A DNA stretch of 64,000 nt from the NCBI GenBank assembly GCA_000004695.1, contig CM000152.2:5248001-5312000 (forward strand), given 5' to 3'. This stretch comes from Dictyostelium discoideum (lineage: Eukaryota). The translations under genes and the position numbers were made by a program. Under the pieces are notes generated by a model, which did no database searches, was not told where the DNA came from, and saw nothing but the letters and a program-made list of their open reading frames with translations. Of the stretch, positions 28,043 to 40,500 are shown piece after piece (the stretch's first letter is position 1; every line of letters starts with the position of its first letter).

Positions 28043-28130
28043 CTGAAATTAATATTTATAAAATAAAAAAAAAGTTAGAATTAATATTTTTGGTTTTTTT
28101 TATTTTATTTTATAAATGGTTATAACTTAC

Positions 28131-28595
28131 CACTTGCAGCTTCACTATGACCAATATTAGATTTGAGTGATCCAATGAGTAATGGTTTAGATGGTGTTGA
28201 TGTTTTTGATGAATTTAGAGCCATTGATATGCCTTCTACTTCAATTGGGTCACCTGTTGGTGTTCCTGTACCATGACATTCTACGAAACTAATATCTGAT
28301 GCTTTCATATTTGCACTTTTCAATGCTAATTTGATATTATCAGATTGTGATTGTTTGGATGGTGAATAAAAGTTTGATTTATCATTTAAACCACCTCCAT
28401 CGACATTTGAACTAAATGAATTAATTACACAATAAATATTATTACCATCTCTAATTGCGTCTGATAATGGTTTTAAAATTACAATACCACAACTCTCTGC
28501 ACGAATGTAACCATCTGCTTCTGAATCAAATGGTTTACATTTACCTTTTTTACTTAGCATATTTAAAAATGAAAATGATTTTGAAATGTATGGAT
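28131..28595 (-). CDS. pksB exon 2 (KS domain, central part)
   Basis: Acceptor tataG|at at 28597-28596 (G+AT makes Asp in ...[24 protein letters not shown]). It ends AGT G|GTAAGT (donor 28130-28125). Motifs [10 protein letters not shown] and [10 protein letters not shown] are present. Confidence 0.8.
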
Positions 28596-28693
28596 CTATA
28601 TAAATAAATGTATATAATAATTAAAAAAAAAAGAAAAAGAAAATTGAAGAATAAAAATAAAATAATAAATGTTTAAATTCTGAATTAACATAC

Positions 28694-29315
28694 CAAGTAA
28701 TAAACTGACACCACCCACAATTGATAGATTTGAAGTACCATTTTGAATTGATTGAAAACCCATTGCAATTGAATTCAATGATGAAGAACATGCTGTATCA
28801 ATTGTCATTGATGGACCTCTGATATCATATGAAAATGATAATCTATTTGAAATGGTATGAAGAACATTTGATGCGAAATAATTTTCAGATGTTTCATTAA
28901 AGTCTCTATTTGTTGTTGAATAATCTAATGTTGAGCAACCAATGAAACAAGATGTATTTGAACCTCTAATATCGATTGGATCGATGAATGCATCTTCTAA
29001 TGCTTCCCATGTACACTTTAATAGTAATCTTGTTTGTGGATCCATTAGGGGTACTTCTGATGGATTGATTGCGAAATGAACTGGATCGAAATCACTCCAT
29101 TCTTTTAATGGTAATAATCCACCAAATTTATTATTAACTTCACCGAGTAAATTGATATTGTCACTCCATCTTTCTGATGTTTCAACAATACCACTGAATC
29201 CATTCTTTAAATTATTCCATAAATGTGAAACACTACCATTATTAATTGATTCTTTACCTTGTGGAATTCTAAATCCAATACCTACAATCGCAATTTCTTT
29301 ATTTTTAAATTCCAT
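28694..29315 (-). CDS. pksB exon 1 (KS N-terminus with TACSSS active site)
   Basis: ATG at 29315-29313 ([15 protein letters not shown]). It ends CTT G|GTATGT (donor 28693-28688) with a 98-nt A/T-rich intron. pksA lacks this intron. Confidence 0.8.
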
Positions 29316-29910
29316 TTTTTTTTTTTTTTTTTTTTTTTAGTACACCAAAAATAAAAATAAAATAAAAAAAAATAAAACAATTTATACCATTTAAAAATAT
29401 TACTATTTTGAAGGACCAAAGTGAGAAATGAAAACTTTGCTCTTGATAGTTATGATTACATTCCAAAGGGGGCTGATTATTAATTAATTTTAAATCTTTT
29501 GGTTATAAAAAAAAAAAAATAAAATTGAGAATTTTTAAAAAAAAAAAATTAAAAAAGAAAATAAAAAAAAATTAAAAAAAAAAATTAAAAAATCTCCAAA
29601 AATATCTTATTACCTAATTATCATCGGGAAAAAAAAAAGTTGATTAGAAACAAAAATTATTTTAAATTTTTATTGGAGCCTGTGGTTTTTGCAAGATATT
29701 TTAAATAACACTTTGAAACCAAAAGTTGTAATTAGTAAAAATAAAAAAAAAAAAAATAGAAGATTATATTTGGGCAAATAAAAAAAAAAATTTTATGGTA
29801 TTAAATTAAATATTTAATTTAGCCATGAGATTTAAATAATTTAAGATTTATTTTTTACACTTTGGGATTTTTTTTTATTTTTTTATTTCCGGAACTCTTT
29901 TAATTAAGGA

Positions 29911-30030
29911 TGTTGTAGGGAATTTTCAATAAAATTTCACTACAGTAGCGTAGTGAATTTTATTATTTAATTTCACTACAGTAGCGTAGTGAAAAAAAAA
30001 AATCACTGACCCTAAATTTTTTTTTTTTTC
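29911..30030 (+). repeat. Left terminal inverted repeat of the transposon, containing an internal 2x direct subrepeat aatttcactacagtagcgtagtgaa.
   Basis: It pairs with 33237-33356 as a reverse complement. Confidence 0.8.
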
Positions 30031-30420
30031 AAAAAACAAATAAAGTTTATTAAATTATTATCTTTTATTTGATTATTAGTTCTATTTAAGTTTTTTTATT
30101 TTTTTTTTTTTATTTTATTTTTTTTTTTTTTTATTTTATTTTTTTTTTTTTTTTTTGCGCCAAAATTTTTTTTTTTTTTCCCCAACAAAACTTTTTTTTT
30201 TTTTTTTTTTTTTTTTATTTTCATTTTCCCAAAATGAAACAAGATAAATTATTTAAAATTTATTGAAGATAATAATTTTGAAAATACTAAACATAAAAAT
30301 TATAAATTTTTACATGATGAGTAAATATTTTTCCTTACCATAACACAATCATTTTTTAAATTCTGACCAATAAAAAACAGAAACAGAAAAGAAAAATTAT
30401 TTAGAATTGAAAAAAAAGTC

Positions 30421-32345
30421 ATGAATTGTGGCGGAGATAGAAATATATCAAAAGAAGTGTGTTTAGAAGTAATTAATGATTATAGAATGGTATCACTCTG
30501 GGAAGAAATGCATAAAGGTCATATAGGAAGAGATGCAACCTATGGGAACTACAAGACTAAATATTATAATATGGGATTGTATTCTTTTGTATCTGATGCA
30601 GTAGATACGTGTGACATTTGCCAACGAAATAGAATAAAAGGTTTGGTATCAATCATTTTTTATATGATGTTTTGTAACTTTTATATTAAAACTCTGTGAA
30701 AGTATGGCACTGCGATAATGGACGTGAATTTAAAAACAAAGTCCAAAAAGAATTCCTAAAACTTTTTCCAGGCTCCAAGTCAGCACATGGAGCTCCTCGT
30801 ACACCAACAACTCAAGGTATGGTAGAAAGATTGAATCGAACTATCAAGGAGAGGATCTCAAAATTAAAACAACAAGAGTATGATATTGTGAACAATATAA
30901 ATTATCGATATGTTTATTAATTAATCATTTATAAATAAATTTTAGTTTTCTTGATGGTACTTCTAGGTCTCTTTCTGAACTATTAAAACAAGCTTTGTAT
31001 GATTACAATAATACAAAAACAAGAACAATTAAAATGACACCATCTCAAGCTGTTGGTATTGTACCTTTGTTTATTAATGTGCAATCAGAACAAGACTCTC
31101 AATCAATTGGTGTTTCAGATGTTTCAAAAGAAGAAATAACAGCTATTATTCTTGAAAATCTCACAAGTTACCAAAATCAATGGAATTCAAAACCACCAAA
31201 GGGATTGAAAGTTGGTGATACTGTACTCTTTCTAGAAATTAAAAAAAATAATGTAAGTAATTAAAACATAAAGATTAATAATATATGAAACAGTAATAAT
31301 TAACAAATTTTATATTTAATTCTAATAGAAAATATTGATTTTGTGTAAAATTCATAAGGTAATACAGGAAGACACTAAACAACTTTATAAACTTGAATTT
31401 TTGGAAGATGGAATCAATAGCCTTCAAAAAAAAGGTTTATACTCTGGTTTTGTAGGAGGTAACAAGTTGGTTCTTTATAAACAATCAACAGTTGATATTT
31501 TTAGAACATCGCCAAACATACAAAAAGATATTGATTCTTTTACTTCTGGTCTTTATTTAAATAATGATGGGAAAGTTATTGAATTTCTGGTTCAGTTTAT
31601 TAAAAATCTTGGTAAGGATTTATCCAATTTCAACTTGCATCAATTGGTAACACAAAATGATCCATTTAGGGTTTTGGAAGATGCTCTTAACAATCCATCA
31701 AATATTCCACCTATCATTAACGATAATCCATTTCAACACAAACTCAATAATGAAATGGAACAAGAAGAAATACTCCCATTTTTAAATAATAATCCAACAG
31801 CGCCAAATTTAATGAATTGTTTGAGAAAGGATATGAATTTAAAAGAAATAGTACCACCAATACCTCAAGTGCAAATAATACCATCATATACTATACCACA
31901 ATCTGGTAGTGGTATAGTAACAACTGTTAAACGTCTCAGAGGCCGTCCTCATAAGATACCAATTGTTAATAAACCTCCTTTAAAATCACATTCTAAACCA
32001 TCCAAATCACCTCTCAAATCAACATCCAAATCACCTCTCAAATCAACATCCATTTCACCTTCCAATTCACCATTTAAATCACCATTTAAATCACCTTCCA
32101 AATCACCATTTAAATTACCTTCCAAATCACCATCCATTTCACCTTCCAATTCACCATTTAAATCACCTTCCAATTCACCATTTAAATCACCATTTAAATC
32201 ACCTTCCAAATCACCATCAATAGGAAAAATCGTTAATGTGATACCTTCAAAAAAAGTTGCAAAAACAAAGTCAACAAGGACACAAAAATTAGAACTTGAT
32301 TTGGTTGCAATTAATAGAAGGGGGTATGGGGAAATTAGAAAATAA
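30421..32345 (+). CDS. Transposon-encoded integrase-like protein (multi-exon): HHCC zinc finger, partial DDE core, C-terminal domain, then AT-hook and SPKK-type repeats
   Basis: Exon a carries the HHCC pattern H..H...C..C (HKGHIGRDATYGNYKTKYYNMGLYSFVSDAVDTCDICQRN). Next come WHCDNGREFKNK (the second Asp of DD35E) and HGAPRTPTTQGMVERLNRTIKE (the Glu motif). The splice ga|GTATGA (~30874)...ttttAG|t (~30945) gives D-FLDGTSRSLSELLKQALYDYNNTKTRTIKMTPSQAV, the integrase C-terminus, followed by KVGDTVLF. AAT|GTAAGT (31256)...taatAG (31326) continues into KILILCKIHKV..., then KRLRGRPHK (AT-hook) and (SPxKS)n repeats. Only ~2 residues separate HHCC from the second-Asp motif, so the first catalytic Asp region seems to be missing. 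Confidence 0.6.
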
Positions 32346-32670
32346 AAACAAGTGGCCAAATCAAAAAAACAAAAAAAACACAAATCAACACAAAAAATTA
32401 AAAAAAAAAAAAAAAATTAAAAATTAAAAAAAAAAAAAATTGAAAAAAATAAAAAAAAATTACATTTGTTAAAAAAAATAAAAAAAAATAAAAAAAAATA
32501 AAACTTAAAAAAAATTGAAAAAACAAAATAAAAAAAAAAAATTGAAAAAACAAAATAAAAAAAAATTTCAAAAAAAAAGAATGATCGAAGAATTAATAGA
32601 TTCGATAAAACTCTTAAGAAATTTAGCCATTGAATATGGCAATGAAGAATAGTTAGATTCAGAGGAAAAT

Positions 32671-32979
32671 TTGACTAAATTCCTCGAAAAAGCAGCCAAA
32701 GTACTATATGTAAATAGTGGTGATGCTTTAATCGTTAAAAATTCAAATATGATGTTAGAAGCATTAGAATTAAAATCAAAACAATTTCACCAACATTGTG
32801 TAAAAACTGTAATAGAAAACGAATTATATTTGGACTTTTTTGTATACAAAGGAAAATGCAAAAACATCAAATGCACCAGAGGTAACAAAGCTAGAAAAAA
32901 TTCAATTGTGTGCAGTGTTTACAGTGATATGGTAAATCAAGCAATTGAACAACTCAGGGAGTTAATAAAAATAAATTAA
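32671..32979 (+). CDS. Small transposon-internal ORF (102 aa, Cys-containing), function unknown
   Basis: ATG-initiated ORF with normal composition between the integrase gene and the right inverted repeat. Confidence 0.3.
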   Translation: MTKFLEKAAKVLYVNSGDALIVKNSNMMLEALELKSKQFHQHCVKTVIENELYLDFFVYKGKCKNIKCTRGNKARKNSIVCSVYSDMVNQAIEQLRELIKIN

Positions 32980-33120
32980 TAAAAATAAATTAAAAAAAAA
33001 AAAATTGAAAAAAAAAAAAAATTAACAATAATAATAAATAAAATAATAATTAAAACAAAAAATAAAATTACAATTTAATAAACAAATAAAAATTGAAAAA
33101 AATTTAAAAAAAAAAAATTG

Positions 33121-33153
<33 letters not shown>

Positions 33154-33236
33154 AACAATAATTATAATAAAAATAAATAAAATAATAATTAAAACAAAAA
33201 ATAAAATTTCAATTTAATAAACTTTATTTGTTTTTT

Positions 33237-33356
33237 GAAAAAAAAAAAAATTTAAGGTCAGTGATTTTTTTTTTTCACTACGCTACTGTAGTGAAATTAA
33301 ATAATAAAATTCACTACGCTACTGTAGTGAAATTTTATGGAAAATTCCCTACAACA
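33237..33356 (-). repeat. Right terminal inverted repeat of the transposon.
   Basis: It is the reverse complement of 29911-30030. Confidence 0.8.
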
Positions 33357-33389
33357 AAGGATATTATCGATTATATCAATAATCATACA

Positions 33390-33830
33390 CCGGAGAAAAA
33401 AACCTAAGAAATTTTACTATTTTGTGAGAAATTAAACTACCGCAAAAACACATATTTTAAGAAACGATATTATAATTTAATAAAATTTTTAACAAACTAA
33501 TATCAATTTCTAATTAATAATTAATCACACTTTATTATTAAATTATCATAAAATAATAAAAAAGAATCTTGCCATAATAAAAATATATTTTAATAAATTA
33601 AAAATTGATAAAATCTAATATTATTTAATTAAAATTGAATATTAATTTGTAATTAAATTATAAAAAATTTATTGATTTACCATATTGTGAGAAATTTTAC
33701 TATTGTAATTTCTCATTTATAAACATTAAACTATAATTTAATAAAATACAACAATAAATAGGAAATAATACTATTGTAATTTCTCATTTTTTAAAACATA
33801 AAACTATAGTTTAATATGATATTATATATT
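33390..33830. repeat. Repeat cluster: direct repeat actattgtaatttctcatt...aaactata (x2) with inverted partner ttgtgagaaattttactatt; probably terminus debris of another DNA transposon.
   Basis: Read directly at ~33405, 33690-33740 and 33771-33815. Confidence 0.45.
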
Positions 33831-34379
33831 ATTAAAAACTATAATAAAATGATAAAAAATAATGGGTGTACAATAAATATTTAAATAAAAAATATTAAAA
33901 TATAAGAATTTTTATTTTTTTTAAATAATTTATTCCTTATTTATTATTTGATATCATACCTTTACATAATGGCAATATTAATCTGTCTGAATTTTTACTA
34001 ACTAAATTTATTGGACATTGTGCCAAAAAAGCCAAATTATTTTTCTAAATTTTTATTATTTTTTTTTTTTAAGTTGTTTCATCAATTTTATTTATTCTAA
34101 TTTAATAATAAGTTTACTGATTTTATTAAAACAAATAATGAAAATTTACTTACTTTGGGAAAAAAAAAAGGTGAAAAAAAAAAGAAAAAAAAAATGATTT
34201 ACTCTTTGGGAAAAAAAAAAATTATGAAAAAAAAAAAAAATAAAATTAAAATATTGTGCGGATTGGCCAAATCAAACACTTTTTAATATTTTTTTTTTAA
34301 ATTTTTCAAACCAAACACTTTTTTTTTTATTTTTTTTTTTTTTTATTTGTTTTTTTTTTTTTTTAATTAAAATCCAATG

Positions 34380-34900
34380 AACAGTTCTTTGTTTTTAATT
34401 AGAGAATTATCGATGGTGTCAATAATCTCATCAAGGAAGGACCCATGGGAATTACGTTCTCGGTAGAAATGTTCTTGATATAGCCAAAGAAACGCTCAAT
34501 GGGATTCAACTCTGGGAATAGGAAGGAAGAAATATCAATTGAACCGAATATTGATTAAACAATTCAAATAGTGCATTTAAAGCTTCGATACCACCGTGAA
34601 TTGGAGCATTGTCCATTACCAATAATAAACCAGGCTTGCAAAATCCACTTTCCAAAAGTTCTCTAACATATTGAAAGAAGTCTTCGGTATTATTGGTTTT
34701 ATCACGGATTTTATACAAACAATCATCCAAACAGATGGTGAAAAACCCATGTAGGTCTCAGAAATGCTGGTGCTATTAGTAACATAAACCGGCTCTCCAA
34801 TTGGTCCAACATCTTTAGATCTCCTTAATTCTAATAAAAAACTTTATTAGTTTTAATTATTTATTTTGTAATAAATAAAAAAAAATTAATAAATAGTTAT
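34380..34900 (-). pseudogene. Tc1/mariner-superfamily (DDE_3) transposase remnant with frameshifts.
   Basis: The minus-strand translation reads ...DFFQYVRELLESGFCKPGLLLVMDNAPIHGGIEALNALFELFNQYSVQLIFLPSYSQS*. Frame +1 continues as YSPELNPIERFFGYIKNISTEN. The FLPxYSPELNPIE box after a DNAP(x)H Asp is the C-terminal signature of Tc1/mariner/pogo transposases. The sequence is broken by at least one frameshift and has no clean ATG. Confidence 0.6.
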
Positions 34901-34982
34901 ATAATTACCTTATAATGCTAATAGTGGAATACAGAAAGGATGGAAAGACAAATATTTAAAAAAAAAAATTTATTAAAAAAAG

Positions 34983-35015
<33 letters not shown>

Positions 35016-35084
35016 AGTACAAATATTTATATTCAATCTAAAATAATAAAATATACCTCTAGAAGAAAATGAGCATTCATTCTT

Positions 35085-35335
35085 TTAGGTTTCATTATAT
35101 TATTACTATTATTACTACTATATTGCTATTGCTATCACTATTGTTACTATTATTACTACTATATTGCTATTGCTGTTACTATTATTACTATTATTACTAC
35201 TATATTGCTCTTGCTATTACTGTTATTACTATTATTACTATTATTACTACTATAATGCTATTGCTATTACTATTATTACTATTATTACTATTACCATTAC
35301 TACTATATAGCTATTGCTATAACTATTGATATTAA
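35085..35335. repeat. Minisatellite built from attactattattactactatattgctattgct(a/g)t(c/t)ac units.
   Basis: Visible tandem array. The overlapping poly-L/Y ORFs are artefacts. Confidence 0.8.
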
Positions 35336-36123
35336 TATTTCTATTTCTATTACTATTATATGTATAATTAATTATATTATTATTTTGGTTTTATTAATTA
35401 TGTTTTTTAAATTGTTTTTATTATTATAAACTAAAAGTGGTTTTTTTTATTTAAAATAAAAAATGATCATTTGATTTTAACCAAAAATATAGATGTGATG
35501 GTTTAATATTATAATGGCCATAGTTTTTATAAATGAACAATTGTATTTCATTTTATTTATAGTTGGTTAAAATAATTAGTGAATTTTTTTAACTGTAAAA
35601 CATTTCCCCCTTTTTTTCAAATAAAAAGAAAATTAAAAAAAAAAAAATCAAATTATATTAAATTAAAAACAGTTGGAGATATTTTCCCACTTTTTTTTAA
35701 ATTAAAAAAAGAAAAATAAAAATAAAATAAAAATAAAATAAAAACAAAATCTTTGATCAAAAATATATTAACTCGGTTGCAATGAAATATTTTAAGTATT
35801 TAAATAGATTTTTTTTTTTTTAACTTTAATTATTTTATTCACTCATATTTTATTTATCTATTATTTTTTTTTTCTTTTCATATTTATTTTATTTATTATT
35901 TATTATTTATTAATATCATTTTCGTTTATATATTTAAACATACCTCAATTTTATAATGGACTCAACCAAACTATATTGTAATCACAAACTCAATAGCAAT
36001 TGCACCAGCCAAAAAGAAGTGGTGCTACACCATGCCAACCATGCCCAGGATATCCTAAAAAATTAAAAATTTGTTTGAGTTGTTCCTTTCATCCAAAGGT
36101 AATTTGTTTATAAAATAAACAAT

Positions 36124-36243
<120 letters not shown>

Positions 36244-36599
36244 TAAAATAAATAAAATTTTTTTTATTTTCAAAGAAATTTTAGTATAAAACATTTTTAT
36301 TGTGTAGTTTTAAATTTTTAAAATTAAAAACAAATAAATATTCATAATAATTAACTTAGAAAGTTTTTTAATATTTTTTAGTGAGTTTAAACCCTTTTTT
36401 TATTTTTTTAATTTTTTTTTTTATGATTAATTTTCTAAAAACGCACAATAAAAAAAAAAAAAAAAAGTAAAAAAAAAAAAAAGTTTGAAAATATAGTAAA
36501 AATGGATAAAAAAATAAAAAAAAAACCAAGTTCAAAATTAATAAAATTTTGCTTTTTTTCGCATATTTATTCTTATAATATATCTTATTTTTATTAATT

Positions 36600-37150
36600 C
36601 AATTCCTATATTTTTAAAAATAATAAAAAGTTTCATTTAATATATAAATTTTTTTTTTTTATAAAATTTATTATTTTTTATCTTATTTTTTAGGGATTAC
36701 TTATATTTTAATAAAATATGTTGAATATTATAAAATTTTCCAATTTAGAATTTATTTTATTATTTTTTAAACATCTTATTATTAAAACCATAATTAATAA
36801 AATTTATAACCTTCTTATATATTATCTCATTTTTTTAGTATTTATTATATTTTAATAAAATATGTTAAAAACTATATAATATTTCAATTTTTAATATATT
36901 TTATTATTTTTTTTTTATTATTTTTTATCTTATTTTTTCATATATTTTATTAAAAATAATAAAGGTTACATTATTTATAAATAATCTTATTTTTTAGTAT
37001 TAATTAAATTTTAATAAAAAATGCTATTTTTTTTTTTATAATAAGTTTCATTTTTTTATAAATTTTATAAATTTTATTTTTTTTATTTTTTTGTTATAAT
37101 TAATCTTATTTTTTAATAATTTTTATTAATTTATAAAATAGCTTTACAAA
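36600..37150. repeat. Degenerate tandem array with atcttatttttt...attttaataaaatatg units; inverted copy of the 19200-19640 family
   Basis: Cores recur at about 36670, 36828, 36925, 36985 and 37105. Confidence 0.55.
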
Positions 37151-37532
37151 CTTTTATTAAAATTTAATTTAATTAATTATATTTTAACATTTTATAAGGT
37201 TTTTTTTTCCCGTGATATCTTAATTAAACAATTCATAATATTGGCAAATATAAAATTAAAAATAAAAAATAAAAAATAAAAAATAAAAAAATAATATATA
37301 AATAAAAAAATAAAATAAAATAAATATGAATAATAAAAATTTAGAAATCTACACAAAAAAAGGTGTTTTGCATTTATGTAGGGCTATATTATTTTTTTTT
37401 TTTTATTCTCAACCCAAAACACCTTTTTATACTTTTCACAAATATAATAAAAAAAAAATTAAAAAAAAATTACTGTTGAATTTTAAGAAAATAAAAAAAC
37501 TAATAAAAAATGAGTTTAAAAGATTTGTTTAT

Positions 37533-40500
37533 TTAATTTTTAAAAATATAGTTTATATGATTTTGAATCATTTTTTCATTAACCATTCCTCCTTCATATG
37601 AGTTCATTGATTGTAATAATTCTTTAGTTTTCTTTGAAACACCAAATCCATTACCCAAGTTATAAATATTATATAAATCATCTAATGAATGGAATGTTTT
37701 TAATTTTACACATGATAGAATCTTTGATTGATTAATGATATTCTTCCATTGTTCATATTCAACCATTTCACATCCATATTGCTTTTCCAAGAATGAGAAT
37801 GAAGGGTTCATTGCTGAAACTTCACTATTTAAACTATAGATATTTAATTGATTTGAAGATGATTTATTCCAACATTTTTCATTTCCAATCATTTTAATTG
37901 TATTTAAACTTATCCAACCAATTGGTGATGTTAATATGTTTTTATCAATTTTTGGATACTTTTTAACTGCATAACATGATTGAATAATTAATTGGAAGAA
38001 ATCAGAATCATGACCAATACCTGTTTCTTCATGTGAGAATATAATTGGTGGTCTAATTAACATTGATGGAATACCTCTTTTTGCTACTTCTCTTAATAAA
38101 TTTTCAACAACTACTTTACTTTTCATATAACCACCTGGTAAATTATTAATATTTTCAATTGTTGGTATTACTGTTTCTTCATCAAATTCTTTACAATTTG
38201 ATGCATTAAAGAATACTGATACTGAGCTAAATCCTACAATTGGTTTTTGATAATCACCAGTTGTTGAAAGTTTAATTAATTCAATGAAACCACCAATATT
38301 TACAACTTTACTCTCTTCATAATTTGATGCTAAATTAATATCGGCACCTGAATTAATTATTAAATTAATTTGATTTGAAATATAATCAAAATCTAATTTT
38401 GATAATCCTAATAATGGTGATGCTAAATTACCAACTATTACTTTAATTTTTGATAATTCAAATTCATTGTGAAAGTGATATAGTTTATGATGTTTCAAAT
38501 TATTAATTATAGCATTGATTGGATTTGGTTCTGATTTTTTATTTCTAATTAAACAATATACAACTGAACAATTTGGTGATTTAATTAAGTTTGATAATAA
38601 ATGAACACCTAAAAATCCGGTTGCACCTGTTAAAAATACTTTTGAATCATTTCTAAAATCAATTGGATTCATTTTAATTGCTTGAATTGATTCATCTAAT
38701 TTCATTTCATTTCTCCAATAGTCTAAAGTTGGTGCTGAATCTTTTTTAATAATATTTTTTGATTTTCCTTTAGTTTCATTTGAATCTAGTTTTTTGATTT
38801 GTTCTAAAATAGTTTGAATATTCATATCAATTGTATTATTTTGTAACTGTTGAAGTGTAATTACATTTGATTTAATATCTTTATCAATGAAATTCTTTAA
38901 TTGTACTGAAGTTAATGAATCTGCTCCATAATCACTTAAACGAATATCTGTGTTGATCTTTGATTGTTCAATTGATAAGAGTTCTGAAATTTTATTTAAA
39001 ATCTTTGTTTGTATACTTTCTGATACACTATTTTCACCACCATTACTATCATTATCTTTTTCTTTGATTGAATTTAAAATGAAATCTAATCTTTGGAAAG
39101 TTGATGTTTCTGATGATAATTTCTTAATTGAATCATAGTTAAATTTACTAACAATTAAGTTTGAATTTTTATTTGAATTTTGAAGTTGTAAATCTAATGA
39201 ACCTAAAATTATATTTGTTGGAATTGGAATGAAACCTTGATCATCTAACATTTTTGAAACTAATTCATTTCTTGATACAAAACCTGCTGATTTAATTGCA
39301 CCCCAATTTGTACATGTTGATGGTAAACCAATTGATTTACGATATCTTGATAATGAATCTAATACTAAATTTGCAGAAACATAACTACATTGGTTGAATG
39401 AGCCAAATAATGATGCAATCGATGATGCCATAACAAATTGTTTTAATTTCCATGATTTCTCAATTGAAATTTCATGTAAATTAATTGCACCCATCGTTTT
39501 AGCATTATGTGAAATATCTAATGATTCAATATCGATTTCTTCTACTTCTTTAGTTATTTGAGCGAATGCATAATGGAATATTGAATCAATGTTATCAATA
39601 TTTGGATTTTCTAATAAAATTTGATTAATTGATTTTCTCATTTCAATTGGATCACCAACATCTACACTCTTGAAATGGAATTTAGTGTTATTATCCTTTC
39701 TTGATATTGTTTTATTGATTAATAGTTCTAACTCCCATTTTAATGATGATTTTGATAAAATGATAATGTTTTCAAATGATTCTGTTGGTGAATATTTAAT
39801 TAACCATTTTAAGATTTCTAAAATAATACCTGATTGACCTGTAATAATTATATTTTTACCAATTATATTTTTTGTATCAATTTTGAAATCATATTTTAGT
39901 ATTGTGTGATTCTTTTCATTGTTATCTGATTCAATGAGTTGATTTAATAATCCATCACTACCGATACTACCATTTGAACAACTATGATCTAATACAATTT
40001 TACCAATATGTTTTCTTTGATTAATATATTCAATTGCTTCTTTGACATCTTCAATCTGGAATGTTGTTATTGGAATTGGTTTTAATTTGTTTTCATTTAA
40101 AGCATTTGAAATGGATTTTAATAATCTTGAAACTACTTTTTTATTAATATGCATAAGTTCAATATTATGATAACTCTTGTTAAATTTGAAATTGTTGAAA
40201 TTTAAAAATTCATTGTTATTTAAATGGGTAATTGAAAGATCAATGATTTTACCTCTTTCTTTTAAACATAAAAAGTTTGAATGTGTAAATTCATTTGGTA
40301 ATGTATTTATAATTAAATCTACTCCGTTGAATTTACCAGTTGTACCATAAAGTTGATTTAATTTTGATTTGATTTCATTTACATAGTTTTTATTTCTTGA
40401 TGAATAAATACCAGTTATGAATGATCCATAATTATCAATTAAATATTGTTCTTTATCTTTTGAACCTACTGTGACGAAAATTGGTGATTTATGACCTTTC

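Larger units (their letters stand above)
29911..33356 (+). mobile_element. DNA transposon with ~120-bp terminal inverted repeats and a 5-bp target-site duplication, encoding a spliced retroviral-integrase-like protein; Tdd-4-like, probably internally deleted or non-autonomous.
   Basis: The termini TGTTGTAGGGAATTTTC...(aatttcactacagtagcgtagtgaa x2)...AAAAAAATCACTGACC at 29911-30030 match the reverse complement of 33237-33356 at about 97%. Flanking AAGGA (29906-29910) equals AAGGA (33357-33361), the target-site duplication. The internal ORFs give the integrase HHCC zinc finger, core and C-terminus (see the CDS entry). My recollection that the published Tdd-4 has ~145-bp inverted repeats, a 5-bp duplication and an integrase-like ORF with introns is from memory and not verified. 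Confidence 0.8.

Noticed and set aside
31949-32383. 144-aa minus-strand ORF inside the transposon
   Set aside because: It is antisense to the SPKK-repeat coding region, a repeat-induced open frame.
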